Origin: Tubiluchus corallicola
Lineage: Eukaryota; Animalia; Priapulida
Assembly: GCA_030141605.1 (NCBI GenBank)
Contig: JAQGDQ010001075.1
Location: 1-64,000 of the forward strand
Direction of reading: 5' to 3'
Length of the DNA: 64,000 bases
Under the pieces are notes generated by a model. That model saw nothing but the letters and a program-made list of their open reading frames with translations, did not search any database and was not told the DNA's origin. A program made the translations under genes and the position numbers. Shown here piece after piece: positions 53,071-64,000 of the stretch (positions are counted from its first letter, which is position 1; every line of letters starts with the position of its first letter).

Positions 53071-56000
53071 CATTATTAAGTTATGAATTAAAATTTTAAG
53101 ACCTTTCAAAAACTGAAATTAACGTTAGCGCGATTATAAGGCCCACTGACGAAGAAAAAGTCAAGCCGAGTATAATCATAAGTAGCGCAACATGCCCTGT
53201 ATTGGATTATAATGCTAATGCAACCTGAGACAATAAATCACGTTACAAGCTAATTAGGTTTCTACGATCCTTACAAGGAAAAATTACTTCCTGATTATTA
53301 TAATATGAGACAGGCGAAAGGAAGGAACATACGAAGCAGATATACAATTAGAAACATAGAGTTTCCTAATGAGTTTTCGTGCCTGCCCTGCTTAATCTAC
53401 TTTAGTGTTAATTTCTTTTGTACCTACCAGCCATTCTAAAAAGACAATCTTTATTTACCGACGTAAAATTTCTGGCGTATTATAAGCATAATTAAGCAGC
53501 TACTCAGATAAATTTATTTATTTATTGCAATGCACAATAAGGTCAAGAACATATACGTAATAAGTTGTTAGTAGTTTAGAGAAAGGCTGGCGAATAAACA
53601 GTTAAGGTTAGAGAATCAGCCATCTTTCTAGTTTAAGTTAGTGGCGACGATTTATGCTGGGATGAAATAAAGAAAATCCTGTCAAACTGAAAATATATAA
53701 TAATGAAAAATGATAACGAAAAAATGAATCAAAGTAGTTTTAAGTGGTAAAACAATATACAAACATCAAAAAAACATAAAGTAACAGACATTATCCTTTG
53801 CTAAATTAAACAAAACAGATTGAGAACAAAAACAAAAAATTATCAAAAGTGGATAAGCATAAAGTACACAATAAATGATAATAATAATAACAGTGAAAAA
53901 TTAACATACATAAGGACTGAAAACAAAATTGAAAAACACTGAAAACATAAACTGTCAAACCCACAGAGCATAAATAATAACGGATATAAACTTGAAATAA
54001 GCATGCAGTGAACAAATCGAACTGAAATAACGCTGTAATATGCCACTATAAACAAATGAAATAGATTGGTTTGTGCAACGTATTATAATAACTGGCAAAA
54101 ACAAAAGCAAAACAAAAATGAAACAAAATCGAAAGCAATTGCAAACGACAAACTATAAATTGTCGTTTAACCATATAAAGCAAAAACTAGAAGTATAAAC
54201 TGCTAAAAATAATGTATAAAATTATAAAAAATGGATAATTACAGGATAAGAAGACCCTGCGAAATGTACACCACGCTTAGGACAATTTTACTAAATCAAT
54301 CATAGGCCAAATCATGGATTGTAGCCTTTATTGCCCTGAATTTTATAAAAACTGACATACGTGTCGAACAACAGCATGATAGCATTAGCAAGCAACAGCA
54401 CCTTGGCGTAATTTGTAGACCAACATTTGGCACTGAGTGCCAGAAAAACAGAGACCAGGAAAAACAGATTTTAGGTTTTTCTTTCATGTTTCATGTCTCT
54501 AAAAATTCTACAAATTAACATACTTCATCTTTTATTAATTATACGTATGAATATGCGAATAAGCAAGAGTTGATGTCATGATCATCATTTATTGTATACA
54601 TAGGGCAGCAACTTAAACTGATTGGAATATTTCCTTGAGGTATTACATTTCACTAGAGTGCAATATATAGCTGCCAGACTTCCGGAATAGACAGGGCGCG
54701 TAGGTCTCTGCGTCAAAGTTTCCGGAAATGCAAATACACCTGAAATCATTTACCCGAGCATATACAAAGTGAAAAACGACAAATTTACTCAAGTATGAGT
54801 ACTACTATCAGCCTGCTTTCCTTGTGAATACATCTTCATAAAGAAATATGGTGTTAATATGGAAAACCTTTGCGTCGATCAGCCTTCGAAAGCGATTCTA
54901 CATTTGCGTGGCTTTCAGTAGCGCTCAGATGTCAGTAAAATTCGAACGATTTGACATGACATTTCAAGTTCATAAAGTAAATGATCAAGAGAACGTGTTT
55001 ACATGTTAAGGCTAGCAAGCAAAAAATGATGCTTAAAACTGAACAGTTGAAAGTCTTTTAAATATCACTTACACTCCGCCTATATAATAAATCGAAGTTA
55101 AGGCAAACACATCAGAAGGGCCGCGAAACACTTTAAAACAACACTAGAATCGATAAACGTAACAGGTTACCTCATTAATGAGTTCTTAAATACAAGTCTT
55201 CTCTATATACTGCAGAGTAATTTCGCAATTTCGCTTCTGCTGGCAAAAGATTCTGAAACAGCCTGCTCGAGAAAAAGAAGGTTTTCTTAACGATCCTAGA
55301 ATGGCAATTTTTCGCATTAGCTGATAGCTTCAGTTGAGAAATCCAATGACTTTCTTTTTTGTTCGAGAAAAACTTGGTTTTCCTCGATTTTTTTAAAACG
55401 AAGCAGAAGTTTATTTATTGGAAAACTTTTTTTATAACCATTGTTGCGAATTTTTGAGCAAGTCTTCACCACGTGACCAATGGAATACATGAGTGACAAG
55501 AGCAGCTCGTCACTCAGTTATATTCATGACAGTTGAAGTCGAGGAGATCTTACCTAGTTGCAACTTCTTCAAATGACGTCGTATGGCGATTTCTTACTTC
55601 CTTGCGCAGTTTGCTTTATTTGCTGCAATTAAAGAAGAGGTGCTCACAAGACATAACGCACTAGCACATACCTTTAGACTATCTACAGTTTCTGCTGCTT
55701 TCTATTTTATTTTATAAGGATTGTATTCGTGTAATGAATTCACCCCCAGTGTAATCATTATACATTCCTAATATGAATACATTTTGAGCTTGCTTTCCAT
55801 CATACACCACAAATACTTTTTGCTTAACCCAATCGTCTGCCAACACGCAACAAGCAGTTCTATTTTCGTTCTTTTTGTTTAACCCACTACAAACATTTTA
55901 CCAGACGGTTCTTATGTATCGACATCTGGTTTCTCACAAACTGTATTACTGTTGTAATTTGTGGCATATATTCCTGTATCCCTGACTGCATAGCCGATTG

Positions 56001-59000
56001 TCACAGCCTAACTAATTTTTCTATTGTGATCAGTGCTTTCTCTTGTGGTTTTCATTTACTGACATTCTTCTAAATTTAACCTCTGATTGCGCGCTTTCGT
56101 AAGTGGTGGTTAGTTTTCATACACTCAAATTAGGTCACCTGACATTGACTGGCTTTTTATAGAATATATAAAACATTAATGCAAATACAAGGGGAATCAT
56201 TGAAAAAATCTAAATGTGGCCAACATTACCCCAATACACACTATTTAATGACCGTTTCTCATTCATCTTTTTTTCTTTTTCACCTGACAGCACACAGTGG
56301 TAGGCTGAAATGTCCTTTGTTCGCTTTAATATTACATTGCATTGTAGGATTTTATTAACTATTTTCGTCATTAAGAGTTTTCTGTTTTTTAATAAGAGTG
56401 TGTTAATCTACGTTCAGTGTCTACATATATTAACCTAAATCTGACGATACACAAATTGACGATACTTTTATTTGCTGAGCTTCGTTTATTCGGTGTCCGG
56501 CTTTTTTGGCACAGGCGTTTTGACAGGCAGTTTGATCACACACAGTCAGACACCAATGAATTCTAGGCGTTGCATAATTTAAAAAGCGCTTAGGCAGCGC
56601 TATGGATGATAACATCATACGCACCATATAGTAGAGTGTATTGGCAACAATTTTACGATTGCTTTTAAAATTGAACTTATAATTTTATAGTACTATTTAA
56701 AATCAGGATAATTATATAATGATTTTAGAAAAGTTAACTTTATAATTATTGTAGAGGTGTATATATATATATATATAGTAAATTATAACGGACTTTTAAT
56801 TGTAAAGCGCATCGAGATCACACTATAAATTATTATTGTTGTCGTTGTCGTTGATGTTGTTGTTGTTGTTGTTTTCGTTGTTAATGTTATTGTTGTTGTT
56901 GTTGTCTTCCTAAGACAAAATTTAATCATAAACGGTAATAACTAATAATGCATTTATAAAAAGCTCTGGGAAAAAAATCTAACTGCATAGTTGCTCTATG
57001 TGCTAATTTTGCCACTAGTTGCAATTCTACCGACACATATATTGTCACTGTGATAGCGCTTACAACAATAAACCTAATTTGTACTTTCGCAATAATTTAG
57101 ACGCTTTCTCAGCCAGAAAATTTTGCAAGAAAATCTCGTAAAACTCATTGCTCACTAACAGCACATATATGAGAAAATACCCTGCAATGTGAAAATGGCT
57201 GATTAAATTTATCCTCTCTATTAGAATAAATGGAAAATACATAAAAGACTTCATCGCACAACCATAATAATAATAATAATAATAACAATAATATCATTTG
57301 CTGATATTATTTAATATATCACATGCTCATAACGTCCGCAGCCTGTACTGACACAATATACGCAATATGAATTCGTGGTGCTTTAGAACAATTTCGAGTT
57401 CAATACTAACCTACGTATCCATACTTAATGAAACAACTGGATTTGCAATCATGGAAATTCTGCACTTTTCAGATTTCTCGGTGTAATTCGACGCAATCTT
57501 GCTTAACAGGAAGGGAGACAAAGAAAGTGTTCTGCAACTTTATATTCAGGTTAATTCCAGGATTTGGCCTTCACCTTCGTTGTGTGATTTGATGCCACTT
57601 CATTAAATAGTATTGTCACATTCGCAAAATGTCTTCTTAAGATAAGGCGGGCTTATGTAATGGGATGAGATGGAAAAGCATTAAAGAAAAGGGCTTCAAA
57701 ACAGATGTGAGCAGAATGTTTGGAGAAGTAAAGGAACAGAAAGAAGAAGAAAGGAGAGAAAATGAGAGGAGCGAAAGGGGGGGAAATATTTTATATTTTA
57801 TTTGGTGCAAATGTATATTCAAATTCTTAAATTAAATAGTTTCTTTTAACAACCAATTGCTTCAGTTCGAATATTACGGAACGTGTGACACGCGACATAA
57901 GACAGTTATTCTTACGAGTTCTCGACATTACAACGACATTCATTACGAGGGAGTGGTAAAAAAATCTGTTTTCTCCTGCGCATATCACTTTGCGAGTTCA
58001 AACTGTGCTGAATCTTTACTTATTTATTTGTTTTCTACTTATTAAGAGTTCTCAATTTTACGCTTTTGTGCTCCATAGCCTTATTTAGTAATGTAATACG
58101 TTTAATCATCACACCTAATAATTATGGAACCAGATTTTGGCAAACAAGGAGACAGTGAATTACGAGAAATCATAGGTCTACATTTTTAAATGTATATAAA
58201 TTCAGTATATAAATCGGCCAGTTACTTTTTCCCTATCACATGGCGTATCCAGTAAATGAATGAATGAATAAATGAACGAAAGAAGTAACATGGAAATTCA
58301 ACATTCGCTGGCCTAGCTTATACTTAATGTGGACGGTTGTACCAAGACCTGAACCTAGCTCATTATCAACTCTAATCCGATAACATAAGATCCTGAATTG
58401 ACATAATGCGATACACCTACAATAAATGCGTACACGAGAGAAATAGCTAAAAGCAGTGTGATAAATGAAACCACCAAAGGCAATTTTGGCAGTTGTCACT
58501 CATCCTTTTACTACCCACGGTGCTGACACGCATTATGACCACTCAGTTGTTTTACCTCGATCTACTGTTAACCTAGCTTTGCCTGGTGCTCTGATGTTCT
58601 AATATGCCTGATAAGTCACTCACAGTATGTCACCAGCGAAAACCATGCATAGTGCTCATCGGGAAGTAGGTAAATTATTGTCCAAGAAACAAAATAAACA
58701 AAGGCTCATTTTAGTATGGCCTCGGCGTATTCACGACTGATAGCAGGTTAATACTGTGCTTATTCAAGAGATGTGCTTTCTAGCCCCTATGACTAGAAAT
58801 ATTACATGAAAAGAGATCATTTTTATTATCAGTTTTGTTATACTTCTGAAGTGAAGTTGTCAACGTGGTTGGATGTTACATTTTCGCTTTATTGTTCTAT
58901 CTTATACAAACTGGATTCCCGGTTAACGAATCAATTACAGTAATATTTGTACCTTCTCACCACATTCTCTATTCACATCTTGCACAATTAAAACAATAGC

Positions 59001-60292
59001 GGTGACGCTCTTTACACAATTTGAACTACTAGGCAATTAACATTGCAACCTCAAAGAATGACAACGACTAGAGCGATCATGAAAACGAGGCGGAAGAGAA
59101 GGAGGAAGAGGAACAGGACAACTACTCTCATTAGTTTAGCAGAAATGAGTTCTTTTTCATTGATATTTTCATGAAATTTATTCTTAAATTTTTGCCGAAA
59201 ATAATGATGACTGAGCCACTAAAACAGTTATTTTAACAACTTACTGACTTTCCTTTAGTGTTAGCAAACTTGCTCGGTCGAGTGTATTGTAAATAAATAG
59301 AGATCATGTCTAATGCTCTATAAAAAGTTTTACAAACATCCACGGGGTTTTCTCACCTAAACTTATCTTAACTTATCGCGCTTATCAGATAAACGTTTTG
59401 ATACTGGCTAAATTAGCTTGTGCCTTGTTTAATGTGATCCCCATAGTTTTCGCACCACAGGCTACATTTTATTTACAATTTCAGCGGTGTTTATTTACCT
59501 GAACGCATGCAGAAACACCTGCTGAGAATTTATAAATACGCCGTGAAACTATTTTAAACTGCTTTCGCAGGACAAAACGTTAAAACGCCAACAACGCCAG
59601 TTTTTAGATAGACATAAAGACAATGCTAAATGTTGCGAAAATTCAGTGCACGAATATATAGGCTGCTTGCTGCTCATTAACCAGCAAAACAAACCAATCC
59701 CTATGTAAGAGTTCAAGTCCCAAAACTGATCTGCCAAAAGAAAAAATCACAGCATGGACAAAGTATCAGTAATATCACTGCAATAAGAATAAGTGTACCT
59801 AAAGCAGACGTCTAGTAAATAAGATGCTCGTTTGACAAAGCCTCAAGGACTAAATCCTTGCTATAAACAGAGACAAGTTTCAAAAGTTATACATATTTAT
59901 TGTATATGTGAAAATTGTTAAGACTGGTATAATGCACTGATGTGTTGGAAGAGAGCGGCGTTGCTAACTATATAAAAATAGTCGTGATTTGATCTTATAA
60001 ATGCTGAAATCATTTTCTCGTCACACAACACTTTTAAGCGACACCTCTAGTTGTGCATTCAACCACCTAGTGTGTCGTCTAGCGAAAAAAAAACGAATGG
60101 GCTACTGGCGATATAATACATTATCCACAAGCTAAGGTGTTTACATTAACGATCAGCTAAAAAGAAACATTGAGTCAGGAATATAAAAGATAGGATGATA
60201 TGAAGACAAAAAATAATGTTAAACGCTATAATAACAAGAGCAAGAGAAATACAGAAAGAACAATGGCTAATATTAAGCTAACAATGGCTAAC

Positions 60293-60930
60293 AATTACGC
60301 TATTAGATTTCTGAAATTGCGATAATTTGCCGGAGGAAACGTAAAAGTCATGCGATCTTTCTCTCTGTTCGTCTCAGTGTTTGTCAGTCAGTCAGGCAGT
60401 CTTTCTATCCGTCCGTCAATCCACCTATCTCCACCCTGTCCCTGTCTTTACGTCTATCTGCCTCTTTCTTTGTCTCTGTCTCCCTCCCTCTCGATTTATC
60501 TATCTACCGCTATCTCTTTTTGCCTGTCTTTTTTTCACCTGAATAGGACTACCTTGGAAACAAGTTTTTGGTTACTTTTGATATTATCTTTGGACCAAAT
60601 CCCAAAGAAGCTTGCTATTAGATTTGGTCCAAAGATGATAGCAAAAGTAACCAAAAACTTGTTTCCAAGGTAGTCCTATTCAGGTGAAAAAAAAGACAGG
60701 CAAAAAGAGATAGCGATAGATAGATAGATCGAGAGGGAGAGAGACAGAGGCAAAGAAAGAGGCAGATAGACGTAAAGACAGGGACAGAGTGGAGATAGGT
60801 GGATTGACGGACGGATAGAAAGACTGCCTGACTGACTGACAAACATTGAGACGAACAGAGAGAAAGATCGCATGACTTTTACGTTTCCTCCGGCAAATTA
60901 TCGCAACTTCAGAAATCTAATAGTGTAATT
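60293..60930. repeat. Long near-perfect inverted repeat (arms 60293-60601 and 60621-60930, 19-nt spacer)
   Basis: Hand alignment gives 10 substitutions and 1 indel over ~310 bp. The ORF track shows mirror ORFs (60350..60673 + and 60676..60873 -). Confidence 0.97.
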
Positions 60931-63900
60931 TTCTCTTCTAACTAGCACAATAGTAATCATTTCTACTTGAGGTAATTTCTTGTTTTTAGAATAGGAGCGA
61001 TTTTATGCTACAGCCAAAAAGCCATTACGTTGTTATAATTAAGATCAGTATTTTAACCATTTATTACGATTTACATAAATATAGCATTCTTTAGAACATG
61101 TTTATATTCTGGTTAATGCTGGCAAAAAGATCACAGGAATTTGATGTTTTACGTCTATTGAAAATTGATGCGACGCGTGCAATGGGGAATCTTATCAGCG
61201 AAATTATTTTGAAAAATTGTGAGAACACGAAATATGTTTCAAATCTTAAGTTTATCATCCAGTGTATGAAAATAGCTGGGAGGACTGTTAATTCTTTAAA
61301 GAACTGACACTAATGGAAAATAGTTAGACTATTTGTATGTTCACTCAGATAACCTTTAAACTTTTTGATTAACTTGTTTGTTTATGTAGTAGATAAAAAT
61401 CTGACAAAGTAAATAAAATGCTAACTGGATTTTAATTTTTTGTTAGGCTCTAAAACGCCAGATCCTTAAATACCAAACGAAATATTATCACGGACAACAG
61501 TAAAATTCTGAATGTACTTGGCTCTAAAACTTGATATGAAACCGCAAGGGTTCTTGTCTAGCGCTATCGTTTCCAGAAAGAAAAATGTACTTATAAAATA
61601 GTACACATTTCGTGCAGAAATAGCGGTCGAACTTTATATCTATCAATTTGTGCGTTGTCCTATCGGAGTGCCTTGGTTACACAATACTGTCATCTTCTTG
61701 TTGTTCTAAACTGACAACTTATTGATCTTAAATAAGCTGAATATTTTTGGAAAATAAAACTGATTCAAGTTTTGTAATTGATGCAATCTAGCCGAGCAAA
61801 AAAATGTGTTCCAAAGATTACTGAAACACGATATAAAAATTTAGTGAGTTTCACAAACAGTTTGGTCGCTATTTGTACAAAGTGGCTAATCGAAAAAAAT
61901 TCGTATGTATCAGCATAAGACACAGTTTCAAATAACTGGGAATATAGTGACAATTTCCATTTTAATTCAAATTTTATATCGGTAGCTGAGACCATATAAC
62001 ATACAAATACAATAGTGTAGGAAGTCAATTTAATGATTAAAAATGATGTGCAAGTTATACTGTTAAACAGTTCTTCGTACTATACTTGCTCGCCGAACTT
62101 TTCTACTAAAAGTCACAATTTAACCAAACTGATTGAATGCCCGAGTCCGCCTTAAAGCAAATTGATCTAAATGGTAATAACACAAACAGCATTTCGTTTT
62201 AAATCGGCTTACATATTAAACTTCCAAAGGGGAAGTTCGGTTAAAACATAAATAGCTTGAATGTCTATTACTGCTCTCTAAGCAAAGTCAACAATTTCAC
62301 GTGTGTATCATTCGTACTGCGCGTAATCACAGCGAAGCCATTTCAACTGTTTAAGTCATGGGTAAAAGAATTAAACTGAATGAAATCATATCAGACACTT
62401 AAAGCTAAGTTACTTCGCACACTAAGTCTTTATTAAGTGTGATAACTTTTTTAAGGAAGTGTCGCGAGATTGCATGTGGAACAGCACCAATGTGAGAAAT
62501 TTTTCTTTACGTTAAGGATTTTTTTATATCTACAGATTTTTTGCGAATATTTATGTTTGTTTCACTACACAGAAATGTGTCCTTTTCTACAAACATTTTA
62601 TTTGCAAAATCTTGATGGTATCAAAAATAAAAATATATTCATTCTTAAACGACAAGATAATACTAATTTTATTTTATTTTGTTTTGCTTTGTTTTGTTTT
62701 GTTTTATTTTCAGCTAAAAAAAATCTGTACAAACACTGTGTATGCAAATACAGCCAAGAGCCTGAGCCAGGAATTGCCTTACTAGGTGTTATGATACTTT
62801 TTTCACAGTTTGATCACAATAATATTTTTACGCTATAAAATTTAAGTATGTATGCTTATTTTTTGCATCTTTTGGCATAAGCACCCACATATGCACTCCA
62901 CCAGTCGTCATGCACAGTAGATATAGTTTTCGTTTGTTAATTTTTTTCCATTGTAAAAAGTAGGCCACGCTACGCTACTATTTTATGTAAGCCTGTACAA
63001 AAGCGAGATTTAGTTTCGATTTTGAAACCAAAATTTTAATCATTTCTATTTATTTGTGTTTTTGTTCATATGACGATTACTAGACCCTATTGTGAAAAAT
63101 AATAGTGCCCGTTGCATTTCCAAAAACGTATTTATCATTTAAATAAACGATCCTTGTCGCAAAATTGTTATAAAAGATTCCAGCTCATTTCTTAATGGTC
63201 CAAAGGAGCAATTTGTTTATTTTGCAATCTTGTTGTTGCTACAAGATTCGTTTAATAACTCCCCAAGCTTCCAAAAAACAGATAATTAATTTGTTTTCCA
63301 ATAGAAAACTCAAGTAAAATTGAGTATAAATTCCCGGCGGACGCGTGCTGCTGTCTACTATATTCTGTTCTTCAACCATTAGTGACTCTTATTAGCAATA
63401 TTTATCCCTGAGTCTAGAAGTTAGGCGTAATTTGTTTATGTGAAAAACATGAAGCACACTTCGTGCAAGTCATTACCAGATGGCATTCTACCAGATCCTG
63501 TGTGCATCAGTGCCTCTTGACATTTTCATGTAAAATTATGTTTTACAGCCTGCAATAGCACTGCTTATGAATTAAAATCAACAGAAAAGTCGTAGAACTA
63601 AATACTATAAATAAACTATAAATAAACCAACATAAACCGCAACACCCACTCCACTGACAAATTGGACAAATACAACAACGTTTGCGTTGACTAAAAATTG
63701 CTGATGTCTACAAAAAACGATCAGCATATAAAACTTCACACACACGAAGAGTCAGCCACAAAGACTTTGGCAAAAACATAAAAAACATTATCTCAAACAA
63801 TGAACATCGAGAGAAGAACTACAACAGGTAGAATCACCGTAAAAAAGGCCACTTTAGGCAAAGAGCTAACAATACCTATAAGTATCTGAGACAAAAAATA

Positions 63901-64000
63901 CAGCAGAAAATAAAATAACCAATCACTACTGTAAGTCGGTTACTATCCGTTTTTTTAAACTATTATATATCATTTAGTTTAGTTTAGCTATTTAAAAATT

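Noticed and set aside
60350-60873. Pair of near-identical convergent ORFs
   Set aside because: They are mirror images produced by the palindrome and are low-complexity microsatellite translations.

Overview
AT-rich, repeat-laden animal genomic DNA, probably from an invertebrate and plausibly a protostome; it is not prokaryotic. Two minus-strand protein-coding genes are supported. The first is an allatostatin-C/somatostatin-type class A GPCR with an intronless CDS (51320..52594). The second is a four-exon fibroblast growth factor gene that the ORF track mostly misses (CDS join 38161-38109, 37772-37645, 35859-35756, 28346-28140; 163 aa). It has a signal peptide, the canonical 104-nt FGF middle exon and a probable GC-AG first intron. 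Possible exons of a third minus-strand gene lie near 7.8 kb and 4.0 kb. The rest is decayed LINEs (CR1/L2-group, RTE), MITE/foldback-like inverted repeats, a tRNA-like SINE head and microsatellites. The most unusual structures are: a full-length 5S rRNA head fused to a GC-rich, terminator-free ~400-nt body (candidate SINE3, 46131..46640); a ~640-bp near-perfect palindrome with a junction microhomology (60293..60930); a foldback element enclosing two separate MITEs (42161..43317); and an inverted-repeat element carrying ~170 codons of frameshifted cargo (4725..5800). All family assignments come from motif recognition by eye; no database searches were run.
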